Below are positions 31,901 through 41,133 of a stretch of DNA of 64,000 nucleotides, piece after piece. Under the pieces are notes generated by a model, which saw only the letters and a list, made by a program, of their open reading frames with translations, was not told the origin of the DNA and ran no database searches. The translations under genes were made by a program, and so were the position numbers. This DNA comes from Gemmatimonadaceae bacterium (GTDB taxonomy: Bacteria; Gemmatimonadota; Gemmatimonadetes; Gemmatimonadales; Gemmatimonadaceae). How positions within the stretch are numbered: position 1 is the stretch's first letter; each line of letters starts with the position of its first letter. Location of the stretch: the NCBI GenBank assembly GCA_051859245.1, contig JBHYGA010000005.1, positions 577,313-641,312 of the forward strand, read 5' to 3'.

Positions 31901-32466
31901 GACAGATCAACCGTGGTTTCTTCCAGGCGGCGTTCGGCGCTGCGACGTCGGTCGCGGTACAGTCCCACGCCGGCCGCTTCTTCGAAGAGCTCGCGACGAT
32001 CATCCGGGCGATCGGAGAGCAGAGCATCAATCATCTTGCTCTCGATCACCACACCCGAATCCGCACCCAGTCCGGTGCCGCGCACCAGATCCTGAATGTC
32101 GCGCAAACGGCACGGCGCACGATTCAGCAAATACTCGCTCTCACCCGTGCGCATGAGACGACGCGTGAGCACCACTTCCTTGAACGGTACCGGCAGGTCG
32201 CCTTCGGAATTGTCAAAATGCAGCGACACTTCGGCCATGTTCACAGGCTTGCGTGCCGACGACCCATGGAAAATGACGTCTTCCATCTTCGCACCGCGCA
32301 TCACGCGTGCGCGCTGCTCGCCGAGCACCCATCGCACGGAGTCCGACACGTTGGACTTGCCGCAACCGTTGGGACCGACAATCGCCGTGACACCGCGATC
32401 AAACACGAACTCCGTGTGATCGGCGAACGCCTTGAATCCATGCACCTCGAGCTTCGTCAACCGCAC
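28930..32466 (-). CDS. smc: Chromosome segregation protein SMC
   Basis: GFKAF, Walker A GPNGCGKSN, long coiled coils, LSSGE signature, Walker B LDEVDAPLD, ITH; GTG start overlaps upstream TAG. Confidence 0.96.
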   Translation of the reverse strand: MRLTKLEVHGFKAFADHTEFVFDRGVTAIVGPNGCGKSNVSDSVRWVLGEQRARVMRGAKMEDVIFHGSSARKPVNMAEVSLHFDNSEGDLPVPFKEVVLTRRLMRTGESEYLLNRAPCRLRDIQDLVRGTGLGADSGVVIESKMIDALLSDRPDDRRELFEEAAGVGLYRDRRRSAERRLEETTVDLSRLDDLISEVQSQVRSLSRQRRRAERHAELMARRFTVEIALATREMEAWKEELASLDERLEALRADVPSAEEAIRTAEAAREQAHGARSAAEAQRGEVSRLASEQRERTLRLERELAVAEERQRSTEARRARAEQERTEGEAFGQRMRDDREKALLDRTTLEQELQDAGEALAERVSAEDEARAVVQRARQSLEALEKAAREHRDQARRLELDREGASRDLAETQQRLEALERERAQLNDQFAATERELISAREQLSLLQSAALEAQQTLEQARITSNAARTTDAEARAMLARVVETHTSLEGQVAALERLERERVGLAPSAQRLLKDRDSLEAGAVLGPLTDFLTADGDAARLVERYLGATLHAVVVRDAAAADAVRKWHAAANPGPLLLLPLDAVQGIGASGTGNDLAAAVQSSGPAEAWVRALLGRVQTLDNGEAFIDARGAMLLPGTSVGPGPLQRRAELTKLREKLEQAANEREGAQAASEAARMALVDADRAQHQASEVSARSQQEVRRAEETVREVERRVERVTREVQQSTLLAERLTARATELSTRAQQLGEQLDALETRAGEADSAISEARGVLAETESGLEEAREARSVWQVTQAQAQARLSVAQDRERRLHEEDATAAARLAALAVELSTLAEADQALAEQLGHWQIELESQRSALRDVDERLAQSEQSVRATSELLDAAERTLDEAHRAHTSVGEALHHAELRHTDLSGRREAIRQRLETEWRRPLDELLAEAEELDVETDTLRGEATELRDALDALGAVNPLAIEEHEEEQRRLEFLTGQRNDLVSAKQSLHQAIREIDSTARELFLVTFGQVRENFRQIFLTLFGGGECDLRLENPDAPLDCDIEIHASPRGKRTQRIHLLSSGERALVALSLLFGIFLTKPSPFCLLDEVDAPLDDQNIGRFVRMLNQFKARTQFIVITHNPRTTTEAADAVYGVTMQEPGVSSIVSVRMRGPAVNDNGATVPDLDADESDSEPA

Positions 32467-33845
32467 TAGAAAGTTCTCCCCGTTCTGTAGACCAACGTGG
32501 GTGGAATCCCAGCCACCCGCAGCGAATCGGCGAGCAACGCCGCTTGCGCTGGTGTCTGGAATGCACCCGTGTAGAGCGTGACCGCGCCGTTGGTCTGGCG
32601 CAATGCATACGCACGAATACCGCGCTGCATCCACCGCGCAATCGCGGCGCCGGATGCATCAACGGCAACTCCTTCTTCAATTCGAAACGCGAACGGCACG
32701 CGAATAATGCTGCCCGACGTTGCGCCAATCTGCTCGGCATCGCGCAACCGCGTGAGCAAGGCGAGTGCCTGCGCACTGTCGCTGCCCGCGCCAACGGTCA
32801 CACGATACCAGCGCGCGCCATCGGCCCCCAGACGAACCGGTGAAATCGCCACGGCCGACAGTGCGTCAAGCTGCGAGGGCGGTCGCGCCTCTTCGATCGT
32901 GTTCGCCGCAACGAAGTACACGGCAAACGCCGCCGCCTGTGCAGAATCACCCGGGTTGCTCACCACGAGCGGGCCAGCGGGCAGAGCGGCCGTCGTACTG
33001 TCAATACGCGCAGAGTCGGTGGCAGCACTGTCAACGCCGATGGCCGCCTCCACTGCAATCGTGCCTGCCGATTCCATGGCTGCGCCACTGCTATCAGTGG
33101 CCGTCAGCGTAGAATCGACGGCGCCAATGGCGGCCGCGGGGAAGAATCGCGCCTGCACCGAAGGCCACGCCGCGAGGCCTAGCACCACAAGCGCTGCGGC
33201 CGCCGCAAGACCGGCGAGCACGCGGCTCGTACGTTGGCCACGATCAACCGTTGCTTCCTCGCGAGCACGCACGACCTTGCGAATTTCTTCGACGGGTGGC
33301 GGTGGAGGCGCGATCCACAACGTGTTCACGTTCGCAATCGTGGGCGGCACATCGTTGCCGATTGGCAGCACCGCGCCCACGTACTGACACAACAAGTCAA
33401 AGCCTGGCACGTCGCGAACCGCCACGATCAGCAGCAGCGCTCCCACTTGCTGAAAACCGGCGGCCAGTTTGCGCCAGCGATCGTTGCCGTACACCGCCTC
33501 AAGCGCCACGGACTCGGTACCACTCGGCATAAGAAACACATTGCCGGTGGCGTCGATGGGTTTGGCAATGCGGTTAAGCGACACGCCGTACAAAAAACTG
33601 TCCGAGATGCCATGCGGATCGTCGTCGTCGCCGATGATAGCGTTGCGCAGCGGTGGCACGTCGCCCACCAGATCGGCAATCGCCACACGCCGTGTTGCGC
33701 CATGAACGCGCGCAATCTCCAGCGCCACCATCGCGGCGATGTTCACATCGGGGCCAGTGACTACCGCGGCGTATTGTCCTTCAAGCAGCGGGGCGAGCCG
33801 TACGGCTTCCGCTTCTGCCCAGGTGCGATCCGGACCCAGCGTCAC
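32466..33845 (-). CDS. Membrane protein: degenerate ParA/MinD/BY-kinase-like N-domain, TM helix, SPOR-like C-terminal domains
   Basis: RRVAIADL, GISD.F..G..L, NVFLMPSG; one TM helix; WYRVTVGA...AQA and LYTGAFQTPAQA..LA..LR..G. Confidence 0.65.
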   Translation of the reverse strand: MTLGPDRTWAEAEAVRLAPLLEGQYAAVVTGPDVNIAAMVALEIARVHGATRRVAIADLVGDVPPLRNAIIGDDDDPHGISDSFLYGVSLNRIAKPIDATGNVFLMPSGTESVALEAVYGNDRWRKLAAGFQQVGALLLIVAVRDVPGFDLLCQYVGAVLPIGNDVPPTIANVNTLWIAPPPPPVEEIRKVVRAREEATVDRGQRTSRVLAGLAAAAALVVLGLAAWPSVQARFFPAAAIGAVDSTLTATDSSGAAMESAGTIAVEAAIGVDSAATDSARIDSTTAALPAGPLVVSNPGDSAQAAAFAVYFVAANTIEEARPPSQLDALSAVAISPVRLGADGARWYRVTVGAGSDSAQALALLTRLRDAEQIGATSGSIIRVPFAFRIEEGVAVDASGAAIARWMQRGIRAYALRQTNGAVTLYTGAFQTPAQAALLADSLRVAGIPPTLVYRTGRTF

Positions 33846-35365
33846 GGCGCGCCCTCAAAGACCCAATAGCTGCGACCGCTCGCTTTGCCCACGCGCTCTG
33901 CTTCTTCACGCGACGAAAACGGACCTAATACGACGCGGTACATGGTGCGTCCATCACGGACCGATGTCGCAATGCGCGGTGTGCGTCCGTCCACACTGAT
34001 GCCGGCTGTCGCTTCACGCGCCAACGCTTCCGTGAGCACGGCCGCAAACTGCACGGTGAACACGGCAGTGCGCGTGCGCGGCCGAGGTGGCGTGCGCGCA
34101 GCGGTTGCGCTGTCCTCTCCGATGTCCGACGCGGCATTGGCCGTATCGGTGACGACTGCGCCGGACGAATCGCTGGTGGCTTGCTGCGAGTCTGGTACGC
34201 TCGCCCGTCCGCCGGTGCCTTCACGAAAGCGCACGGGCTCGTCGAGTCCCGCCGCACGTGGACGAAAACCGTTCCAGCGCATGACGAACCAGGTGTCGCG
34301 CGCGCCGGTGGGCAATGAGCGCACTTCGCCAAGATCGATGGACGAAATCAGCGTGACGGTGTCGCCATTCGCGAGTGCAACGGCACCGTCCGGCAATACC
34401 AACGGCAAATCGCCGCGCCATTCGGTACGTGCGGCACCAACCAGCGCCGCGGTTCCGATATCAATGACGTACACACTGTCTGTTGCGGCCTGCACCAGCA
34501 GCACGCGACCGAGCGCATCCATGCGGAGCGCGCGCGGTTCAGCGGGCAGCTCAATCGTACTCACCACTTTGCCTTCAAACCGATCGGCCACGCGTACTTC
34601 GTTGGCCCCTTCCACTACCACAAATACGCGGTCGCCGCTCGGCGACGTAACAACACTGCGCACGTTCTCGTCGAGATCAATATCAACGTCGCGCACGAAA
34701 TCACGCGTGCGCCACGCCATCACATGCGAGCCCGCCGAGAGAAACATGCGGTCACCCACCGTGAGGCCGAACATCGTTCCATCCGGTGCATTCACATCGA
34801 GACGCATGGAATCCACCACCGTGGTATCCGGCGGACGAACGCGTCGCAGCATGACACCCTCGCCGGCACGCTCCGCCGTGACCAACGACCCATCATTCAA
34901 CGGAATAAGCGCGCTTGGTGCGACGCGTGGTGTCATTGCCCAGCGATCACCAACCGGCGTGTAGCGCGCGACGTCTCCTTCCACATTCAAGGCGTAAATC
35001 ACCGCGCCGTCGGCTGAGGCGTGCGCCGAACCGCCCGCGGCACCAGGAAGCGCCACCGCACCAAGGCGCAGGTCCAGACGTACCGGACGGCCCGATGTAT
35101 CAACGGCGCTGAGATAGCCATCGTCGGCGTGATAGCCGAGGATACGCTCAATCGGCGGCAGGCGATAACTGGATCGCCAGACGACGGAATCGAGCGACGG
35201 ATAGCTTACAGCCGACACCAGTCCGCCTCCGCGCGAAACGCGAAGGACGACGGGGTCGGGACCGGCAGGAATGGAGGCGAGGGCGCCGGTACTGGAGGGG
35301 CGTTCCGACCGATCGGCACAGCCAGAAACCAGGAGAACCAGCGCCCACGCGAAGAGCGTGCGCAT
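33842..35365 (-). CDS. SPOR domain lipoprotein with beta-propeller region
   Basis: Lipobox LVSGC; SPSGDRVFV-type blades; C-terminal FTVQFAA...YRVVLGPFSSREEA. Confidence 0.85.
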   Translation of the reverse strand: MRTLFAWALVLLVSGCADRSERPSSTGALASIPAGPDPVVLRVSRGGGLVSAVSYPSLDSVVWRSSYRLPPIERILGYHADDGYLSAVDTSGRPVRLDLRLGAVALPGAAGGSAHASADGAVIYALNVEGDVARYTPVGDRWAMTPRVAPSALIPLNDGSLVTAERAGEGVMLRRVRPPDTTVVDSMRLDVNAPDGTMFGLTVGDRMFLSAGSHVMAWRTRDFVRDVDIDLDENVRSVVTSPSGDRVFVVVEGANEVRVADRFEGKVVSTIELPAEPRALRMDALGRVLLVQAATDSVYVIDIGTAALVGAARTEWRGDLPLVLPDGAVALANGDTVTLISSIDLGEVRSLPTGARDTWFVMRWNGFRPRAAGLDEPVRFREGTGGRASVPDSQQATSDSSGAVVTDTANAASDIGEDSATAARTPPRPRTRTAVFTVQFAAVLTEALAREATAGISVDGRTPRIATSVRDGRTMYRVVLGPFSSREEAERVGKASGRSYWVFEGAP

Positions 35366-35445
35366 CCCTGAAAGCTACTGACTGAGACGGCCGGCGGGGT
35401 AGGGTCTTGCGTCCCTTCGCCGACCGTCTTTCAACGCACTGTCGA

Positions 35446-38400
35446 TCAGAAGTTGGCGCCGAAGAACCAGGTGCCAAAGCCTTTCTGTCCCGGACGGGCA
35501 ATCGGGATTGCGTAGTCCCAGCGCAGGATCAGAATACCAAACAGATTGGTCCGGAACCCGTAGCCATAACTGCGCAGCACAGACCGCGCGTCGTCGGCCG
35601 AAGCGCCCTCTCGCGGATTCCATGTAAGCGACTGGCCCTGGGTCCAGGCAATGCCCATGTCGTGAAAAACGAGGCCTTCAACCGGCGGCAAACCAAACCA
35701 GCCCTGCGCAAAGCCACGACGCAGTACTGGGAAGCGCACTTCGGTGTTACTGAACGCGATGCGACTGCCCACGGATTCGTCGTTCGTGCACGAGATGCCG
35801 CCCGCAATGCCGCCGCATCCGAGGCCAACATTGCTGCGATTGAAGCCACGCACAAAGTCCGGACGGCCGACCCACTTGCCGAACACTGCCTCGTCACGGC
35901 CAACGGTCAAGCTCGCCGTGAAGCGCTGCGCGATCGTGAGATAGTTGAAGATGATCGGCTTGTAGAACCGCGCATCGGCGAGGTAGTCCACCCACTGCCA
36001 CGTACCCACCTGCGGCGACACGGAGAACCGCGCGCGACGGCCCGACAGCGGGCCAAGTGCACCCATGATTGAGTTGTCGGTCACAAACGCCAACGTAGGG
36101 GCGAACGTGTTGACCGACTGCAGATTGCGCGTTTCGCCGCGTTCAAACTGCGATGCAAATCCGTTGATATCGATCACGCGCTGGAACGGAAACGTCTGGT
36201 AATCGATGTTGGCGAACGCGGCACCGAGCTCCATGCGCGTGAAGCGATTGAACGGATAAATCGCCGTGCTCCCGACCTGACGTTGCACGAGTCGGAGGAT
36301 CGATTGCGTCTCAACGAACTGCGTCTCGCTGATCTGATCGAAACTCTGCCCACCAAAGATGTAATACGGCTGCTGCGCAGCGAATACCGAGTACTGCAGG
36401 CGTCGCCCCAGACTGGTGTAGCCCGTAAACACCTGCGCATCACTGAGCTGACCATTCAACCCACCCGCGATCGCGAGTTGGTGATCGCCCATGAGATCAG
36501 CCAGAATGATCGTGGTATTGCCGTACACGCCCTGGCCGAACCCACCAGCCTGTGCACCAATGCTGGGCTGCGCGATGTACTCCGGCGCGAACCGAGCCTT
36601 GTAGCGATACGTCGTCATCGACGTCGTGTCAGGCAAGTTGAAATCCGCACTGTCGAGCATGGCCTGCACCGTGACGGGCCCGCTGAACGTGCGCGAGGCA
36701 ACGGCAACCGGTACATCCGACGACACGCGCGTTCCCGCGTTCGGCGCCCGATAGTACGAACGACGTGAGGCTGCGGTATCCGACGCCGTGCCGAGCGGCA
36801 GCGGCGCGGCGCCGGTGCTCACACGCGTGGGTGTTGTGCGCGCGGTGTCACCAACGGGTGCCGCATCTGCAACAACCACAGGTGCCACAAACGGTTCTTT
36901 CTTGAGCGACCGCGGATTGTCAATGCGCCAGATCGTGTGATCGCCCTTTTCGTAGTTCACAAACGCGAGTGCGTCCGCACCGCGCGCCCACGTGATCGCC
37001 GGGCTGTACTCGGCAACGGCGGTGATCGCACCAACCACGTTCGTGAGCTGATAGTGCTGATTGGTATCGATTTCGTACAGGAACAGATTGGCGACGCCCG
37101 TGCGATCCGAGATGAAGATGAGCGACTTGCCATCAGGCGCCCACTGCGGATTCACATTCAGTCCATCCTGACCAGGCACCACGCGCACGGCACCCGTCTC
37201 CACATCCATGAGTGAGATGCGGAACTTGCCAAAACGCAGAACGTCGTAGTCGGTGTCCGGACCGCGATCGCTGGCGAACGCAATCGTGCGTCCATCCGGT
37301 GACCACTGCGGATGCGCGTCGCCATGCAGATCCTGATTCAGTCGACGCGCGCCACTGCCGTCCACATTGACCACCCACAAATCTGTCATGCCGCCCGAGA
37401 GCCCCGAGAAGACAATGCGCTGATTGTCGGGGGAGAACGACGGATTGAGGACCTGATCCACTTCAGGTTCAATGCGGTGTGTGATCTTGCGACTGTTCAC
37501 GTCCATCACGTACAGCACATCCTTACCGCCCTTCTGGCCGGTAAAGGCGATCTGCTTGCCATCGCTGGAGAACGACGGCTGTGAATAGATGAATCGCAGC
37601 TGCTCAAAATCGGGATTGGTCGCCGACTTCACGAGGCGCGCCAGCCGCTTGCCGGATTCCGCGTCGGCGAGATAGAGATCGGGAAAGATCTCACCCTTGA
37701 GCAGCGAACCGTACGAAATGAAGCTGATGAGTTTGGCATCCGGAGACAGCGCCGGCGCGACAAACAAATTCGCAATGCCGCCCGACAGCCGCTGCGACAA
37801 CAAGGGCTGCGCAAACTCACGCGGCCGCTGGTAGCTCGCCACGAGCGGCAGATACCGCTGCTTCATGGTTTCGGACCACTGCGTGCTCAGTTCGTTCAGC
37901 CCGAGCCCCGTTTCACGGCGGAACGCGCGATCGATACCCACGCTGGGAATCGCGTTCATGATTTCCGCGATCACATCATCACCCCAGCGCTCGCCTACGT
38001 ACTGCCACACCGACAATCCGTAGCGATACGGAAAATATTTGTCGGGGCGTTCCGTCATTTGCTGAATCGTGGGCAGCGTGTTGTTGAGCACGGCGTCACG
38101 CACCCACGCATTCGTCCACGGATGGGTAGGGCCGATTGAGAAATATTCGGCCATACCTTCCATCATCCACAGTGGCGGTTGCACCTGTGCGATGGCGCCA
38201 ATGTTTGCGCCCGCACGGCCACGCGAAAAAATGTCGTACTGAAACACGTGCACCATTTCGTGCTGAAACACGTGTTCAAAGCTGGCCATGTCACCGGTGA
38301 AGAACTGCGCCATGCGCTGACGCAGGAAGTCGGTCACACCACCCGTGCCTTCGCCCAGGTCACCGAACACGTTGCTCTGCGCAAAATCGGCCGAGCTGCC

Positions 38401-38688
38401 ATACAGCAGAATCGGCTTCTTTTCCGCAAACTGATGCCCCATGAGACGAGACAGCCGCGCGTACGAACGTTCTGCCATACGGGCGGCGTGCTGACTGACT
38501 TCTTCAATTTCCGGATAGTAGTGCACCAGAAAGTGATCGGTCTCGATGACGCGCCAGCGGAACTTGTCGTACTGCACCTGGTTCTGGCCGAAATACTGTT
38601 GTGCATGCAGTGCGCCCTGCGGCGCGAGCATGGTCACAGCGGCGAGCGCGACCAGTCCCATGACCGGACGCGTTATGGAGTGCAACAT
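35446..38688 (-). CDS. Omp85/BamA-TamA family protein with N-terminal zincin-like domain and PD40 (TolB-like) propeller
   Basis: HEMVH with downstream EGMAEY; repeated P.(W/F)SPDG; VRGF motif; C-terminal RWDYA...FFGANF. Confidence 0.88.
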   Translation of the reverse strand: MLHSITRPVMGLVALAAVTMLAPQGALHAQQYFGQNQVQYDKFRWRVIETDHFLVHYYPEIEEVSQHAARMAERSYARLSRLMGHQFAEKKPILLYGSSADFAQSNVFGDLGEGTGGVTDFLRQRMAQFFTGDMASFEHVFQHEMVHVFQYDIFSRGRAGANIGAIAQVQPPLWMMEGMAEYFSIGPTHPWTNAWVRDAVLNNTLPTIQQMTERPDKYFPYRYGLSVWQYVGERWGDDVIAEIMNAIPSVGIDRAFRRETGLGLNELSTQWSETMKQRYLPLVASYQRPREFAQPLLSQRLSGGIANLFVAPALSPDAKLISFISYGSLLKGEIFPDLYLADAESGKRLARLVKSATNPDFEQLRFIYSQPSFSSDGKQIAFTGQKGGKDVLYVMDVNSRKITHRIEPEVDQVLNPSFSPDNQRIVFSGLSGGMTDLWVVNVDGSGARRLNQDLHGDAHPQWSPDGRTIAFASDRGPDTDYDVLRFGKFRISLMDVETGAVRVVPGQDGLNVNPQWAPDGKSLIFISDRTGVANLFLYEIDTNQHYQLTNVVGAITAVAEYSPAITWARGADALAFVNYEKGDHTIWRIDNPRSLKKEPFVAPVVVADAAPVGDTARTTPTRVSTGAAPLPLGTASDTAASRRSYYRAPNAGTRVSSDVPVAVASRTFSGPVTVQAMLDSADFNLPDTTSMTTYRYKARFAPEYIAQPSIGAQAGGFGQGVYGNTTIILADLMGDHQLAIAGGLNGQLSDAQVFTGYTSLGRRLQYSVFAAQQPYYIFGGQSFDQISETQFVETQSILRLVQRQVGSTAIYPFNRFTRMELGAAFANIDYQTFPFQRVIDINGFASQFERGETRNLQSVNTFAPTLAFVTDNSIMGALGPLSGRRARFSVSPQVGTWQWVDYLADARFYKPIIFNYLTIAQRFTASLTVGRDEAVFGKWVGRPDFVRGFNRSNVGLGCGGIAGGISCTNDESVGSRIAFSNTEVRFPVLRRGFAQGWFGLPPVEGLVFHDMGIAWTQGQSLTWNPREGASADDARSVLRSYGYGFRTNLFGILILRWDYAIPIARPGQKGFGTWFFGANF

Positions 38689-39069
38689 TTACCGGGCCCC
38701 CTGGGTGGCTGGCTCGAGCGCGAGCGGGACAGCGTCGCTCCACAGCCGTTCAAGCTGGTAGAACTGCCGCATGCTGGGATGAAACACGTGCACAACACAG
38801 TCCACAAAGTCGAGCAACGCCCACCGCCCTTGCGTGAGCCCTTCACTCTGATGCACCGGCATGCCTTCCTGCTTCATTTCATCCATCACGTGCTGCGCAA
38901 CCGAGCGCACGTGGGTGTCTGAGGTGCCGCTCGCGATGACGAAGAAGTCCGCCATGTCGGTGACCCCGCGTAAATCGAGGACAATCACATCGTTCGCTTT
39001 CAGCTCGTGTGCGAGGGCGGCGGCACGACGGGCGAGCGCTTCCGACTTGGAGGGGGACTGCTTGGCCAT
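38689..39069 (-). CDS. rsfS: Ribosome silencing factor
   Basis: KA.D..VLDL, DFFVIASG.S..HV, EG....WALLDF.D.VVHVF, R.FY.LERLW. Confidence 0.96.
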   Translation of the reverse strand: MAKQSPSKSEALARRAAALAHELKANDVIVLDLRGVTDMADFFVIASGTSDTHVRSVAQHVMDEMKQEGMPVHQSEGLTQGRWALLDFVDCVVHVFHPSMRQFYQLERLWSDAVPLALEPATQGAR

Positions 39070-39222
39070 GTTCAGACGGGACGAAGGTTTCTTCGAGGCT
39101 ATACCCGTTGGTACGGAAAAAAGTGCCCGACTGGTTTGCCGCGGAGCTCGATTGATCTGGCTGATAATACAGCGCAACCCACCCAGACCCTAGGTATACG
39201 CGGGGCAGGGGCGAAATGCACA

Positions 39223-39268
39223 GCGGCCGAGACATGTGCTGGCAATTGCCACCACGTGTCTCGGCCGC
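39223..39268 (-). terminator. 46-bp near-perfect inverted repeat downstream of rplI
   Basis: gcggccgagacatgtgctggcaattgccaccacgtgtctcggccgc; two imperfect pairs. Confidence 0.6.
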
Positions 39269-39326
39269 GATCGAACGTATTTCGAGTGAACAGCGGTGCG
39301 CAGGCGCGAACGCGCCCACGCCGTGA

Positions 39327-39770
39327 TTACTGCTTGATCACCCAGACTTTGATTTCGGGCTTCACGTCGGCGTGCAAGCGAATCGCCACACGGTAGACGC
39401 CGAGCGCCTTGATCGGCTCCACGAGCTCGATCTGGCGACGCTCAAGCTTGAAGCCCTGCAGTTCGAGCTGATGCGCGATGTCGGCGGCCGTAACGGAGCC
39501 GAACAGCTTGCCTTCTTCGCCAACACGCGCGGCGAAGGTGACGGACACGTCGGCGAACTTGGCAGCCACGAGCTCGGCGGCGGCCACACGCTCGGCCTCA
39601 GCGGCGATCAGGCGCGCACGCTCCTGCTCGATGCGCTTGAGATTGCCCGGCGTTGCCTGATAGGCCATTCCGCGCGGCAGCAGAAAATTACGGGCGTACC
39701 CGGCCGAGACGTTCACGACATCGCCCGGATGACCGAGCTTGTCGATGGCATTGCGAAGGATGACTTCCAT
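39327..39770 (-). CDS. rplI: 50S ribosomal protein L9
   Basis: MEVIL...LG..GDVV.V..GYARNFLLP.G.A; GKLFGSVT; PIK.LG. Confidence 0.98.
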   Translation of the reverse strand: MEVILRNAIDKLGHPGDVVNVSAGYARNFLLPRGMAYQATPGNLKRIEQERARLIAAEAERVAAAELVAAKFADVSVTFAARVGEEGKLFGSVTAADIAHQLELQGFKLERRQIELVEPIKALGVYRVAIRLHADVKPEIKVWVIKQ

Positions 39771-39800
39771 AAGAACTCCAGATCGACGCAAGTCGATCAA

Positions 39801-40910
39801 TCAAGGGCGAACGTTCGGGCGCAACGGTCGAGCCGTGCGACGAAAGTCTCGCCAGGTGTCACCCAGTCCGAGGCCAAGCGCCAGAACGGCGACGGTCGCG
39901 AGGACCTGGACAGGACCGAGCAGCGGAATACACACCAGCAAAATCACGAGCGGTACAATCCACCAGCGATCCGGAAGCCACCACAGCAGGATGCCCAGAC
40001 CACGTAACGCGTAGAGCGCACCGAACACCAACAGCAGATTCAGTCCCAACTCCCGCCACCCACTGAGCGACGGAAGCAGCACCAGCGTGGCCCCCACAAC
40101 CAGCCCCCACACCATTTGATCATTAAATCGAAAATCAACGATCGAACCGAGCGGGGGACCGAGTCGCACCCGTGCTAACCGGTGCCACATGGTCCAGGCG
40201 AGCGCCAACGCCAACAACGTTTCCAGCACCAGCAGCGACGGCAGCAGTGTAACCGGTGGCCGCGACTCGGCAATCCAGACCGCCGTTCGTTCGGCCGTGC
40301 GCGCCATCGCGGGTACTCGTGCGGCCAGTTGCTCCCATGCGGGAGCGTTGACCCGAGCTTGCCATACACTGAGTGCGCCATCCCGCCGCTCACTCAGCGT
40401 ACGCTCAAAACTCGTTCCGACAGACGCCAGTCCTCCACCTGTTGTTTTGGGCTGCCACGCAATCAGCAACACCGCGAGCACAGCGGCCGCCGCGATCGCG
40501 GTCAGCGCGCGCCCCAACAACGATCGAGCACCCGGAAGCATGCAGGTCCAGCCAAAACACGCCGCCACCAGCAACGTCCATCCGTGCGAAAACCCCGCTA
40601 CGGCACTGCTATCACTTGGACCGCGCCAGATCCAGAACACGAGTCCGAGCGCTGCCGCAATCGCCACCCCCAATCGACCGCCGCGTGTCCAGCTGGCCAG
40701 GGCGCACGCGCCAAGACCAGCGAGAACCAGCAGCAACAACGGCTCAATCGGGAGCAGCCAGTGCACCAACACGCTCAGCAAGGCCAATGATGCCGGCCAC
40801 TGAGCAACAAACGACACACCAATCGCGACAACGAGTGCGAGAACCAGCCATCGCCAACCGCGCTCACGTGGCGCCGTGACGACCGGCGGACCCTCGACCG
40901 CCGTGATCAC
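39801..40910 (-). CDS. DUF2232/YybS family membrane protein
   Basis: Multi-TM; typical position between rpsR and rplI; Y.L.GL and LGL.D.W.DFR motifs. Confidence 0.8.
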   Translation of the reverse strand: MITAVEGPPVVTAPRERGWRWLVLALVVAIGVSFVAQWPASLALLSVLVHWLLPIEPLLLLVLAGLGACALASWTRGGRLGVAIAAALGLVFWIWRGPSDSSAVAGFSHGWTLLVAACFGWTCMLPGARSLLGRALTAIAAAAVLAVLLIAWQPKTTGGGLASVGTSFERTLSERRDGALSVWQARVNAPAWEQLAARVPAMARTAERTAVWIAESRPPVTLLPSLLVLETLLALALAWTMWHRLARVRLGPPLGSIVDFRFNDQMVWGLVVGATLVLLPSLSGWRELGLNLLLVFGALYALRGLGILLWWLPDRWWIVPLVILLVCIPLLGPVQVLATVAVLALGLGLGDTWRDFRRTARPLRPNVRP

Positions 40911-40911
40911 T

Positions 40912-41133
40912 TCAGCCCTGCTGACCCTTCACGTAGGGCAGCAGCGCGAGAAAACGAGCTTTCTTGACCGCCTTGGACAACTGGCGCTGATGGCGCGCGT
41001 CCACGCCGCTCAAACGGCTCGGCAGAATCTTGCCGTAGTCCGTGATGAAGCGAGCAAGCAGGCGATCGTCCTTGTAGTCCACAAAGCGAATGCCAGCCTC
41101 GGTAATCGGGCAGGGCTTCTTGGGGCGGCGCAT
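40912..41133 (-). CDS. rpsR: 30S ribosomal protein S18
   Basis: VDYKD..LL.RFIT..GKILPSR.SG....HQR....AVKKAR.LALLPY. Confidence 0.98.
   Translation of the reverse strand: MRRPKKPCPITEAGIRFVDYKDDRLLARFITDYGKILPSRLSGVDARHQRQLSKAVKKARFLALLPYVKGQQG

Noticed and set aside
35385..35430. c-di-GMP-I riboswitch (GGGACGCAA resemblance)
   Set aside because: Folds as a single hairpin; the upstream GGCAAAC/GNRA P2 element and the P3 receptor are not present
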